Assembly: GCF_018350175.1 (NCBI RefSeq)
Contig: NC_058368.1
Coordinates: forward strand, 103,728,001-103,792,000
Length of the DNA stretch: 64,000 nt
Direction of reading: 5' to 3'
DNA from: Felis catus
Lineage: Eukaryota
Shown here: in pieces, positions 51,784 to 64,000 of the stretch
How positions within the stretch are numbered: position 1 is the stretch's first letter
Layout: the number at the start of each line of letters is the position of its first letter
Position numbers and translations under genes: made by a program
The notes under the pieces: model-generated
What the model saw: the letters and a program-made list of their open reading frames with translations, nothing else
Database searches by the model: none
What the model was told of the DNA's origin: nothing

Positions 51784-51906
51784 GGGGCACCTGGGTGGCT
51801 CAGTTGGTTAAGTGTCTGACTTTTGGTTCCGGCCCAGGTCATGATCTCATGGTTCATGAGGCAAGATCCAGCCCCTGGTCGGATGCTTTGCTGACAGGGC
51901 ATGGGG

Positions 51907-51944
<38 letters not shown>

Positions 51945-52012
51945 CCTCTCCTGTTCGTTCTCTCTCTCTCTCCCTCTCTCAAAACAAATAAATAAACTAA
52001 AAAAAAAAAAAG
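51784..52012 (+). mobile_element. Can-SINE
   Basis: Consensus; near-TSD agaaacta(c/g)ttta. Confidence 0.92.
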
Positions 52013-52071
52013 AAGAAACTAGTTTAACCATAAAGGATAAAAAAGCACCTCAACGTAATACTGTGCTATCT

Positions 52072-52268
52072 GGGGCACCTGGACGAGTCACTTGGTTAAG
52101 CATCTGACTCTTGGTTTCAGCTCAGGTCATGATCCCACTCGATCAGGAGATCAAGCCCCGCATCAGGCTCTGTGCTGACAACTCAGAGCCTGCTTGGGAT
52201 TCTCTCTCTCTCTCTCTGCCCCTCCCCTGCTTGTGACCTCGCTCAAAAATAAATAAATAAGCATTTGA
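52072..52268 (+). mobile_element. Can-SINE
   Basis: Consensus head, body and tail. Confidence 0.9.
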
Positions 52269-53112
52269 AAAGAAATAGTGTGCTCTCTGCCTTGACACGG
52301 TGCTGGCCACAGTACTGAGCTATTTCATTTACTCCCGACAACACACCTATGAACTAACTCTTGGTGTTTCCATCTTACAATTAGAAAGTTATGCGAGTTG
52401 CCCCCGTTGCTGGCTGATCACAATACTAAAGTAGGTGGTTGGTCTCCTGGGCCCCGGGCCACTGGACTTTTAACATCCCACCCCACTCTTCGGGACTGGG
52501 AAGTGAGAGAATATACACGTTTGCTTTAGCAGGACGCCTGGCAAGACTAAATGTCTCCCAAAGAAGAAGTGGTGAGCACGGCAGCCGTGGCAGCAGAACC
52601 AGAAGCAGATCCAGCATCTGACTCCTCCGCTGTGCAGACGGTAACCACCAGGATGAACCAGCCAACCGCCGCTCCCTCTTCCACACAAACGCTAAAGGTC
52701 AGACTTCCCACTGCCAGTGTCTTTTCTTCATTTGTCCCTTTCTTCCTTACCATGCTATCTGCACGCAACAATTCTCGTTCCTTTCTTCTTCCTACCTCAT
52801 CTCTTCCCGCCCCACCTGATAGCTTCTGCCGGTAGCGACCGAGCAGAAGACCGAGAGATTCTACAGTGACAACTTGAAGAGTTCAAAGGAGCTGAACACA
52901 GCTCCTGAACACAGAAATAAGTTTTAGCAACACGGTTCACCTCGAGGTTCTTTCTTCGGCATTATACAGAAATTACTGTAGATGAAGGAAACACGATACG
53001 AAGAAGTAAAATAATTTATTTTTTATCAAGTTTCCCTGATAGCCTGGCTGCTGCAAAAAAGAGAACAACTTTCATAATAAAGTCTAGCTGTTGTGCATGT
53101 GAAATATCCCCT

Positions 53113-53512
53113 CCCAATGAGCACTGGGTGTTACATGTAAGTAATGAGTCCCTAAATTCTACTCCCGACACCATTAGTACGCTATATGTTAACTATATGT
53201 TAACAAATTTGGATTTAAATAAATTGTTTTTTAAAAGAAATGAAAAAATAGGGGCGCCTGGGTGGCGCAGTCGGTTAAGCGTCCGACTTCAGCCAGGTCA
53301 CGATCTCGCGGTCCGTGAGTTCGAGCCCCGCGTCGGGCTCTGGGCTGATGGCTCAGAGCCTGGAGCCTGTTTCCGATTCTGTGTCTCCCTCTCTCTCTGC
53401 CCCTCCCCCGTTCATGCTCTGTCTCTCTCTGTCCCAAAAATAAACGTTGAAAAAAAAAATTTTTTTTTTAAATAAAAGAAATGAAAAAATAAACAAATCA
53501 AACAAACAAGAA
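53113..53512 (+). mobile_element. Very short L1 3' end (~110 bp + tail) with a SINE in its tail
   Basis: gagcactgggtgttacatgtaag...taaattctactcc...ctatatgttaac; TSD gaaatatcccct at 53101-53112 and 53513-53524. Confidence 0.85.
53251..53472 (+). mobile_element. Young SINEC_Fc-type Can-SINE
   Basis: CpG-intact, near-consensus; 19-bp TSD taaaagaaatgaaaaaata at 53232-53250 and 53473-53491. Confidence 0.96.
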
Positions 53513-54494
53513 GAAATATCCCCTACAAAACAATTCCTCTTCTCCAGGATGCAAACACACAGATTTTACACGTAAATAAGAACTATTGACTTAAAGGAGG
53601 GAATTTGTTCCTACTTTAGCTTCATACTCTCTCAAGGTCGGGAATCCAACCAGACAGTATTATTTGTTCAAAATGTAATCTGGACCTCTGATGACCACTA
53701 ACTTTTACCTCCTGGTATAAGCAGGGGCCTTAGATCCATGAAGTCAATATATACAGCAGTGTTCGACCACGGCAGTCCCCGGCAATCACTCAATTCACTG
53801 AACGAAGCAATGTGTGTCAGATTCATATGGCTTAGATTTATTTACACAGATTAAACGATTGAGGGTCATTTGATGTTCAAGCCTTATTCTGAGGATGGCA
53901 CATAATTCAGGAATGCTGAATCAGAAAAGCCATCCCTGGGGACTCATTCTCAAGAACCAGGGTAACACGTATCTGCTTTGTCGATTTCCATTTAAGCAGA
54001 ATTAGAGGTTACCTTACCAGATGCTCTAGACACTAGTAATGAACATGCATTTCCCCCTATGAGTATTATAATACATTCAGCAGAGGTCCAGCTCTGACAC
54101 CCAAAAGGCAGCAACGTTATATCACTGACAACATGCTTTAGCACCCATTTTCACTTATTAGGCTTACCCTGGGGTAGCTTATGTTTTATTTTGTCTTCCT
54201 CGCATTTTCCAGTTGGAGCTAGAGAGCTTCATTTTTTGTGTAAGCACTGTCATTTTTCACACAAGGTGTAACAATAGCTTCTCATGGATTCTGTGTAGGA
54301 AGGGACTCAAATCACACTGGAGTATTATTGTTTTCCCAACCAGTTTCTGGACCAAACAGCAATATTCTCGGAGTCTAACAGAACTGCACTTTTCATCCTC
54401 TTTTTCTTTATATAAATAAAGAAATACATATATAAGTGTTATATATACTTAATATAAATTACATACAATATATACAATAAGTAAATATATATTT

Positions 54495-54645
54495 AAAGTT
54501 TAGTTATTTTGAGATAGAGAGAGTGAGCAGAGGAGGGGCAGAGAGAGAGAATCCCAAGCGGGGCTCAAACCCGTGAACCGTGAGATCGTGACCTGAGCCA
54601 AAACCAAGAGTCAGACACTCAACCGACTGTGCCACCCAGGTACCC
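54495..54645 (-). mobile_element. Can-SINE with internal deletion
   Basis: gagagaatcccaagc|ggggctcaaaccc junction skips part of the body. Confidence 0.85.
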
Positions 54646-54849
54646 CACCTTCATCCTCTGTTTCAAAGAGCTTCCCCACCAAGGACTACCCAAATATATG
54701 TCCCCAGCCCCATGTCACTCACGTATGCAATCCTACCCACTGTGCCTCTGGACAATTTTTTCCAATATCCCCTTGTCCAAGCCCTCCATTCCTGCCTCCA
54801 AATCTTCTCCATGTGGCACTTGCAATAAAGAATGAAATAGCATTTTCTT

Positions 54850-55070
54850 TTTTTTTTTTAATTTTTTTTAACGTTTATTTATTTTTGAGATAGAGAGAGA
54901 CAGAGAATGAACGGGGGAGGGGCAGAGAGAGGGAGACACAGAATCTGAAACAGGCTCCAGGCTCTGAGCCGTCAGCACAGAGCCCGACACGGGGCTGGAA
55001 CTCACGGACCGTGAGATCATGACCTGAGCCGAAGTCGGCCACTTAACCAACTGAGCCACCCAGGTGCCCT
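54850..55070 (-). mobile_element. Can-SINE (downstream unit of a dimer)
   Basis: Reverse complement of consensus; no TSD of its own. Confidence 0.93.
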
Positions 55071-55100
55071 TCATTTGCCTATTTTAAAAATTGTCTTGTC

Positions 55101-55314
55101 TTTTTTTTTTTATTTTTATTTTTTATTTTTGGGACAGAGAGAGACAGAGCATGAACGGGGGAGGGGCAGAGAGAGGGAGACACAGAATGGGAAGCAGGCT
55201 CCAGGCTCTGAGCCATCAGCCCAGAGCCCGACGCGGGGCTTGAACTCACGGACCGCGAGATCGTGACCTGAGCTGAAGTCGGATGCTTAACCGACTGAGC
55301 CACCCAGGCGCCCC
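55101..55314 (-). mobile_element. Can-SINE (upstream, younger-type unit of a dimer)
   Basis: Reverse complement of consensus; shared TSD tgaaatagcattttctt at 54833-54849 and 55315-55331. Confidence 0.94.
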
Positions 55315-55778
55315 TGAAATAGCATTTTCTTAAATCCCTTTAGATGCCTGGGTACATTCTTACTCAGGTACTTCACAGATAACATGTTTTGACTTGAGGC
55401 TTAAATGTTACAAGTCAGTTGGTAGCTGGCCAAAGAGAAATAGTGTTCTGAAAGAAGAAGAAAAGAAAGGAGGGAGGGCAAGAGGGAGGGAGGGAAGGAA
55501 GAGAGAAAAAGACCGTTTTGGTAGAAATTAAAGGTGAGCAAAGAGAAATGGCTTTAATCACCTGGGAAGGAGGATAGCAATAATCATAAGGAAGAGATAC
55601 ACAGACCTCTTTGAGAGCTTTCACCTGAGACAGGCTAACTTCATGCACTTTAATAGAGAAATTCTCCATCCAGAACAGTATTTGTCTACTAAATGGGGAA
55701 AAGGTGATATAGCAGATACTTGCCAATTTTCAGAAGACTTGCTTACATTTAAGGAAATCCCCATATTATAAGTCCCAA

Positions 55779-56787
55779 TGGGAGACAAGACCAAACTCCA
55801 GACAGATGCTGAAAATTCTAGGTAGGGTACGGGCATGCGCCCTGGGCCGCAACTTTGAAATTGGAAGGCAGTGGGCAAAGACACAGAATCTATGGGGAAT
55901 TCCCACAGGTGCAGAAGGGGAGTGAACAGACCAGCTCCTCAGACAGCAAGGACAGGGAGATACACAGCAGGTCTAATGCAGAGAAGGCAGCGCCCATTTT
56001 CTCCTGCAATCTGCTCACCAGGTCTGTTCTATGATACTACCTTGGGCATTGTTTTTCCTAGCTGCAGAGTCCCAAACTGGTTTTTTTTTTTTTTAATTTT
56101 TTTTTTTAACATTTATTTATTTTTGAGACAGAGAGAGACAGAGCATGAATGGGGGGAGGGCCAGAGAGAGAGGGAGACACAGAATCTGAAGCAGGCTCCA
56201 GGCTCTGAGCTGTCGGCACAGAGCCTGATGCGGGGCTCGAACTCATGGATCGCGAGATCGTGACCTGAGCGAAGTCGGACGCTCAACCGACTGAGCCACC
56301 CAGGCGCCCCCCAAACTGGTTTTTGAGCCCTCCTCTTGGTCCTGTAACTTACCCAGTATTCACGTATAAAATTACTTTTCTGCCTAAAACAGTCAAGCTG
56401 AGGGAGTGTATAACTTTGAATAGGGAAAGGGTTAACATTAGGCAGGGAGAGATAAGGGACCTTTGGGGAGGCAGACTGCAGGTGCAATTGGGAGGCTGAA
56501 GAAGCAGGGGCGGGGGGGGGGGGTTGGGGTGAGGGAGATAAATGTATTCCAGACCCACCTGGGCCAGGTGCCATGAGTGGAATGTCACAAACTTTCTGAT
56601 AAGGTCCCAGTAAAAAGTCAGGGACAGAAATCCTCACTGGCTACCCATTCAGGACCCCTCTCACTCTTGAGAGCTTTGTACTTTCCCTCAATAAACTCTA
56701 TCACTTTGCTTGCTCTCTGTTGTCCGCGAGATTCATTCTTTGACTCCGTGAGACAAGGACCAGCGTCTCTCCCACCCTCCTGTCACA
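55779..56787 (+). mobile_element. ERV1-class solo LTR (carnivore type), split by a SINE; 5' boundary uncertain
   Basis: R/U5-like gacccctctcactcttgagagctttgtactttccctcAATAAActc...attcattctt...gagacaaggacc...tgtcaCA. Confidence 0.7.
56086..56309 (-). mobile_element. Can-SINE (felid type)
   Basis: TSD cccaaactggttttt at 56071-56085 and 56310-56324. Confidence 0.95.
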
Positions 56788-56833
56788 AATTCACACATGA
56801 TGTCTATGAAATATACATATGAAATTACATATG

Positions 56834-56835
<2 letters not shown>

Positions 56836-56877
<42 letters not shown>
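56836..56877. repeat. (TA)n microsatellite
   Basis: Directly visible. Confidence 0.96.
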
Positions 56878-56879
<2 letters not shown>

Positions 56880-56974
56880 ACTCATGAAATTCCCCACTCT
56901 AGTGTAACAAATTTCCATCAAATTCCCATAATCTTAAAACTACATAGAAGAGAACAATGCCATTACTACTACCC

Positions 56975-57100
56975 AGCCCCACTATTTTACAGATGAGGAA
57001 ACCAATACCCGGAAGGGTTAAGGAGATCCCCAAGGGTCAGCCACCTAAGAGAGCAGAGGGAGGACTAGAATGATGTCTAGTTAAATGCCCTTCCCACTAC
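56975..57100 (-). mobile_element. MIR relic
   Basis: cccactattttacagatgaggaaacc...ggttaagg...cccaagggtca core motif. Confidence 0.6.
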
Positions 57101-57407
57101 ACCATGCTGACACCACCTGGATTACTGGGGGTGGTATTTTCTGTTACAGACTGCTTTTGTATTGATTGGGTTTGGTTTAGTCTTTAGAAAGATCATTCTA
57201 GGTCTGTATTTGGTCTAGGTCTATTTGGTTGATTTATCTGCATTTCATTATCTGTTATTAGTATTGAGATAGACCATGATGAGGACCTCAGAGAAAGGTA
57301 GTTAACTAAGAGAAAGGACTCAACAGAGTGAGGACAGGAAGAGTGAGGATATGGCAAGCGAGTTTATGCTATAACACTCCCTGGCTTGGAAATACAGTTT
57401 TTAAAAA

Positions 57408-57607
57408 ACTTTTTAATGTGTATTTATTTTTGAGACAGAGCATGAGTGGGGGAGGGGCAGAAAGCGAGGCAGCCACAGAATCCAAAGCAGGCTCCAGGCT
57501 CCCAGCTGTCAGCACAGAGCCCGACGTGGGGCTTGAACTCACAAACCACAAAACCGTGACCTGAGCGGAAGCCAGATGATTAACCGACTGAGCCACCCAG
57601 GGCCCCC
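57408..57607 (-). mobile_element. Can-SINE
   Basis: Reverse complement of consensus. Confidence 0.92.
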
Positions 57608-58387
57608 TTGGAAAATATACTTAATTAAAGCAACATCCTTTCGAGTGGTGCTGCTTAGCTGGTTTTGTTGCTCTGGAGCCCAGAACTGGGATGGAAGCCA
57701 GTTCACAGATACATTTATCTATTAGTAGTTAAACTATTTCCTCAACTCTGGACCACGTGAAGAAAACAAAAGGATTTTTTTGAAAGAAATGAACTCAGTA
57801 TACAGTAAGAACTATCTACTTGTACAATTAACCTAAACACAACAATAGGTAGCAAAGTTTTTCCATCAAGTCAAGCATCAATTTCTGACTCTGATACTTT
57901 GCAACAGTTCATAATTTAGCCTCTAGCTTGGATCAGTTTGAAACACCTCCTTCTTGAATTGTCCAGTGTTGTAAACGCTCATCTGCATGTGAATGCGTTT
58001 TTCTCTCATGCTGCCTTGGCTCTATTATCTTCATATATCAGGGCCATAACTTTTTGTAAAATAAACGATCCCTCTCTAGGCCTAGTAATTGCTGAAATTC
58101 TTTGTAAAATGCTGATATTGCAACAGGATTCCTCAGGAGATTTGCTTCTCTCCAACACACTTTGCAAAATGCAGGGCACTTAAACACTACCTTTCTCTGG
58201 AATGGCTTCACTGACCTGAGCATTTTGTGCTCTAACTAACCTACATCTTACTTTTTTTTATTTTTCATTCTGTGGCATGATAGGAAAGTGGAGAGTCTTG
58301 CTTCCTAATCATTCTTTGACAAGTAACCTACCTTTCTTGTTAGCAGTCAAGTTGAAATCAAATTCACTACCGTGCAGCAATGTGGAC

Positions 58388-58389
<2 letters not shown>

Positions 58390-58433
<44 letters not shown>
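58390..58433. repeat. (CA)n microsatellite
   Basis: Directly visible. Confidence 0.97.
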
Positions 58434-58435
<2 letters not shown>

Positions 58436-61400
58436 AGTTCACATCCAATATCAAATGGCTTGCAAAGCCAAAACAGGGAGTCTACTGGATTGCCACATGC
58501 TTTATCCCAAGTCGTTCTTGAAACTCGATCTTTCCTCTAAGCAGAAGGTATGTAGTCGTATCTCCTTGAAAAATCCAATTTTAATGACTTCCCCTTCTCT
58601 TCCAAAATAAAGCTGAACCCTCGGTTCACTTCCAATGTACTTTAAAATTACTCCAAATTATCTACATTATAGAGGATCTATTGTATGGTTTATCCAAACT
58701 ATAAATAATCTAAAAATGACACATCCTGGGTTTTATAATGCATTACCTTTCTGAAACCAGATTACGGCATTAATTATATTTGGCTTCAGCAAATATTAAC
58801 ATTTCTTTACATGCCCTAAGCCCAAACATCTAAGTAAGAGACTTGAGTGTAAGCCCCAGAGAAAGCCAAACTTAAAGTTTAAACCACTCACAATAACTTA
58901 CGGAGCACTTAACCCCCACAGGGAAGGTCAGCTTTAAGGCAGCATTTGTTCTGTCCTCTGGATATGGTGGTCTGTCCCTTCTACCTCGACTTAGATGATC
59001 CTAGCTAGCCTTGCAGGTGGCATAGTCCCTGATACGCACATAAACTGCTTTTAATGATATATTCGAGGCTCTCAAAGTAGATAATCAAGGCCTGGAAATG
59101 CTATTATTTTAACAGCTGCAACACCAACCCTCCGTGAGTCGCTTTCTGTCTGCTTTTGACTAAAGTCTAAGGGTCCAAATGTTTAAAGTCTGGAAGGTGG
59201 GAGTGGGGGCAAAGGGAGGCAAAATTACGTTCACAGCAAGATTCCTGAAAACATCAAAACACTGTCTGTTCTTGCCTTTTGTGAAGTCAGACCCTCAGCT
59301 GTTTGTTCAGGTTTCCCTACCAACTTCATGATGAATGAGGTTTTCCAAGGGCTTTTCCACACAGCACTGTTATTTCAATGGGGTTCAGTGAGTACTTTAA
59401 ACAGATGAAGACAAAGAAAGCCAGCCATATAATTCAGTGTCTGATTGCTTTTCCACATGTCAGCGGTGAAAAGTACAACTGTGCCTTGAGCAGCTCTGAG
59501 TGGCTGCCTGATTGAATCCAGTAAAGGCTGATAAATTTTGGAATGCTCTTTCAACACAAGAAAAATAGCATCTAGATGGAATACTGTACTAACGCGTTTT
59601 GCACCTTACCAGAAAAGCCTAGAAATCAGGGCTTTTCACCATGGAGCGTGACGAAGGAGAAGGACATTTCCCACCCCCACTCCCGGCCACATCATCAACA
59701 TCTGGAGGACGAGAGCTGACCCACATTTTTTTTTTTAACTTCAAATGATTTTTTTTTTAAGCAATGACTGCAATCATGGCATGTAAGCAATGGGGTGTGA
59801 ATTTAGAAGCAAATTAATTTAAATAGTGAGTGTTTCCAGACACAAAATTTTAAAAGATATCGTGAAGAATGAACAGAAAGTTTATTCGTCTTTAATAACA
59901 CATTTTCTACTGACTGGGGAAAGAAAAGCGCCCTTGTTTTACTCCACCTTTGCCGGGACAGGGTGAGAAAGAGACACAGTACTAAGATCCATATGGGCTA
60001 TGCCTTTGGAGCCCAAGAAGTCTCTCTGCCTCTACAAATAAGAACATCTGATCATACCAAAGCAAGTTGACCTAAAGTAAGAAATAAAGAACAGTATCAA
60101 ACCTTGGGATACAATGTAGCAAAAAGAAGAGGGAAGCCCTGGGTTGAGTATTGAGTCACCTCCATGACAGCTGTAGAAACATCACCTCTTGGCGCCTCTA
60201 AACCTTCCCTTGAGGGTAATTTTTGCTTATCTATTGCTTTGAAAGAGTTAGTGCAAAAGGCCTTAAGTAACGCATCCGTGAGTAGAAGCTTTCCCTAGGA
60301 CTTCCGGGCACAGTATATTCCATACAGCTAAATAACAACAGCTCACAGTAAAATTACACGCCATCAATGGTCTGTCCACTGATCCAAATACCCCAGGGGC
60401 CCATTTCTGAAGATTTTATTGCATATATATTCCTGGCGTGCGTATGGTACAGCCTATTGATTCACACACAGCTGTTTTTCTCCTGTTAGTGCACGATTAT
60501 TTTCAAGTGTTTTACTAGAACAGATGTTTTAAGAGCATGCTGAGTACACGTCTTTCCTCAACTTTTTTATTTACAGACACAGCAGACTGCCACGCTGCTG
60601 TCCTTTTGATACTGTAGGGGGAGGGGTACAATCAGCAATGTCAGTTTCCCTCAACACTGTTAAGCAGAGGCACTTCTGACTAGTCCCCCCCCCCACAATC
60701 ACTGCTGGAAGGGACCCTCTCTGTCCCTCTATCACTTGTTCATCCTCTGATCCTTTCTCGCATTCGACTGTTTGAACTTGGTTCTCCCACACTGAGACTT
60801 TTTAAGCTGGAGCAAACGGAATACACCAATGTCCTACATAGAATGCAATTTTCTCTGTTGGGTTTGTACCTGCTCCAAATAGGTGAATGTAGATAACAGC
60901 TTATTTCCTGAGAGCCAACATGTACTTCTGCTTGAACCTACTGCAAAGTCAATCCCATATTGGTGCTACAAAAATCTGTTACCATGGAAAATAATATTCT
61001 GCCACACATTCATCACAAGAGGCTGCCAGCCTAGTCAATTTTGCATCAGCAGAATGTACATAGCCCTAAGTGGAAAAGTTTTCCCACCTAAAGAAAGTGA
61101 TTGCAGGTCTTTTAAGCATGGAATACAGATGGATGTGTGCCTTTAATAGGATATTAAATGATTCTCCAAAGTATCTTAGTAGGTAAGTAAAGGTATTTTT
61201 CTGAACCTCCCTCCTTACCAGTGTATAAACTGCTTCTTTCGGGATTAACGCAGTCGTTCAAGTGACTTTAGAATTTTTCTAAATTTAGAACATTTGAGGC
61301 AGCTAACCCGAGGTAGGAAGAGAATGATTATCCTTTTCAATTTCTCTCTGCCCATATAGACCTGGGCTTCCTCTTCACAGTACTTAAACAGTACAATTTT

Positions 61401-62064
61401 ATTCGTTCCACAACCGCATCTTCAACTCAGAGCTTTAGGAATTGTCAAATGTCACGTCCAAATGGCCATTTCATGTCAATCTCCCTTTCACGGCAAACCA
61501 GTCAGCTCACAGTCAATAGTTCAATCAACATTAAGAGAGGTCCGGTTTTAATTTGTGTACTCCGTTATGTGCTGGGGACCTTGGTGGTAGGAGACATGGC
61601 CATTTTCTGGTAAGAAAGAAACACATTCAGTAGATCGTTGAACAACCAGAGCCTTCTTCAGAGGACAGCACCAAGGACACCAGGGAAATATTCATTTTCT
61701 CTCCACAAAAATGAATTAACTCACTTTGTGTAAGAATTTCTATAGAAGGGGACCTCTCTTTTCCCCTTCCATTCCACTGAATACTTCTGACCGAGAAAGA
61801 AGGACTAGCATTGGTGAAGACAAATGTTAATTACCAAAACAGTATAACAAGCTGGTAAACGAAACTCTTCCTGCAATCGAGGCATGTCAGGTGAAGCATC
61901 AAAGCTGAGGACACTAGATGAGGAGAAATTCCTCTTTCTAAGAAGAGATGCTAGAGTGTTCTTAGAAAGTGGTAGAACTTGACTATCGGTGGCCATCTCC
62001 CACTTCTAGCCCATGGAAGGGAAGGCTAGAGATTCATTAAAGAGTTTATTTAAAGGGAATTTAT

Positions 62065-62285
62065 AGGGGCCCCCGAGTCACTCAGTAGGTTGTCTGACTC
62101 TTGGTTTCGGCTCAGGTCATGATCTCACGGTCCGTGAGATCGAGCCTGGCATCACACTCTGCTGGCAGCGTAGAGCCTGCTTGGGATTCTTTCTCTCTGT
62201 CTCTCTCTCTCTGTCTGTCTCTCTCTCTCTCTCTCTCCCCCTATCTCACTCACACTCTGTCTCTCAAAACAAATAAACTTTAAAA
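62065..62285 (+). mobile_element. Can-SINE
   Basis: Consensus body, (CT)n, tail. Confidence 0.9.
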
Positions 62286-62915
62286 ATAATATAAATAAGT
62301 AAAATGAATTTACAGAAGTGGGGGTGCTGGCATCATACTCCCCTCTGCTCCCCATAAGTGTTCAAACTGTAAGAAGGGAAGTGACTTCTCACCGACAGAT
62401 AGCTCCTTGATGACCATGTCAAAGGCCAACCCTAGGCCACCCCTGCAGTTGACTGCAAGAAAATTCTGAACCCAAATCCCTAGATTTAGGGGAAATTCAC
62501 TAAGTAAAGACTAACTACAATCTCATTAACCTTTAGAAGCATAATTACAGGAAGCCATCTAAGGCAAATGGCAATGACAAAAATGACCACTCCAGGGCAA
62601 AAAGGGGGCACAGCATTTGTTCAAACAGGAATAAATTTGCAATTTCTGCAGCCAAGGGACACCTTGGAGAGTACCAAGGCAGGAAAGGCCCAAAGGGGAC
62701 TCACCTAAGAAAGTTAACTGTAGCAAAGTGCTCCCCAGCAGGAAGCATCTACAGTATACAGCTGGGGTCGGGGATATATGAGGAAGGTCACTATTTTCAT
62801 TCATCCACAGGAGGGAATAGTAGAGAGGGTGGAGGAGGAGAGCAGGAGGTCAGCATCTATGCAGCAGAAGGGTATAGAGAAGGGGTGAAAAACAACTCAA
62901 AACCTTGTAGGTGTC

Positions 62916-63274
62916 TGTATCAGTCAGCATGGGCTGCCCTAACAAAACACCATACGCTCGGTGACTTCAACAACAGAAATGTATTCTGGGAAGCCCAAGA
63001 TCAAGGTGCCAACCAGTTTAGTTACTGGTAAGAGCTCTCTTCCTGGCTTGCAGATGACCATCTTGTCACAGCATCCTCACAAGGTGGAAAGAGAGAGGGA
63101 GCTCTCTGATGTCCCTTCCGATACAGGCACTAATCCTATCATATCAGGGTCCCACCCCAATGACCTCATTTAACCTTAATGACTTCTGTAAAGGCCTCAT
63201 GTCCAAATATAATTGCATTAAGGGTTAGGCCTTCCACATGTGAATTCTGAGGGAAAAGAATTCAGTCCACAGCA
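62916..63274 (-). mobile_element. MLT1A-like MaLR solo LTR
   Basis: tgtatcagtcagcatgggctgcc...aagatcaaggtgcc...cctggcttgcagatg...cactaatcctatcat...ttcagtccacagca. Confidence 0.85.
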
Positions 63275-64000
63275 ATTTCATTAAAAAAAAAAAACAAAGA
63301 CTATAAGAAGGCATCTGACGAGAGCAAAACTATAGGCAATGTCTACCCACGCACAAAATATCTTAAACAAAAGAGGCGGAGAGAAAAAGTGTATGACTGT
63401 GTGCTTAAATCTTCTCTAAGGAAAGGCAATGGTAAACTATCTACAAGTTAAAAAACTTATCAGAAGGGAAATGCATTAGAAAAGCAATCACAATGAGGAA
63501 AAGAGAAAAAAGAAACAGGGAGCATGAGCCTACTGTGTTCATAAGAAACTATATAACTAATTGAATGCATATGGAGTCTATGGTTGATTTATGGTGGGAA
63601 ATAAATTTAAATATAAATGCCATGTTAAAATTGATGAAGGATCTTAAACTTTAAAACTTCAAGTTTGTAGAATGCATAAGTATGTAGAAAAGTTTAAAAT
63701 AAAACTGACGTGAAGGAAGAGAAATTATAGAAAGGAAAAATTAAAATGTGCATGTATTGCATTTATAAGAACTTGATTTATAACCAAATATTTGAGGAAA
63801 ATGTGTTGGCTTTCTTGAAAGAATAAAAGAATATTTAAATATACTAGATAAACGGGCCGGTTATTTATTATAAACTCTAAAATAGTCTGTGCTTCTTAAA
63901 GGAAGAAAAAACTACAGCGAGATATGAATTTAAAGCAATGAAGTTCAAGATGGTAGAATCCGCGTATGCTTTTGCCTCTTCTCCTTTGAAACTCATTAAA

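Noticed and set aside
52426..52835. Cluster of overlapping ORFs (MSPKEEVVSTAAV...)
   Set aside because: No recognisable protein; part resembles a decayed MIR (gtggcagcagaacc...tctgactcc); a GC-richer patch yields ORFs on both strands.

Overview
Repeat-rich mammalian genomic DNA, most likely a felid (cat family), judged from many Can-SINEs including young SINEC_Fc-type copies. It reads as intergenic or deep intronic: I recognised no host protein-coding exon, RNA gene or CpG island, and most ORFs in the track come from SINEs, L1, ERV remnants or microsatellites. Main contents: a full-length processed GAPDH pseudogene (7617-8942, minus); a multi-layer L1 nest (13.9-24.7 kb); about 30 Can-SINEs; MER20/MER5A DNA transposon relics; and a 10-kb LTR/ERV block (33.9-43.9 kb). 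Three structures stand out. (1) A betaretrovirus-like (ERV2) provirus with a perfect 6-bp TSD sits inside an ERV1, and its pol appears partly replaced by about 1 kb of ERV1-type sequence, suggesting an inter-class chimera. (2) An L1 carries a ~345-bp 3' transduction inside a 19-bp TSD. (3) Two Can-SINEs plus a 30-bp spacer lie inside a single 17-bp TSD. I found no evidence for a new functional gene system. Repeat family names are from recalled consensus similarity, not a database search, and boundaries without TSDs are approximate.
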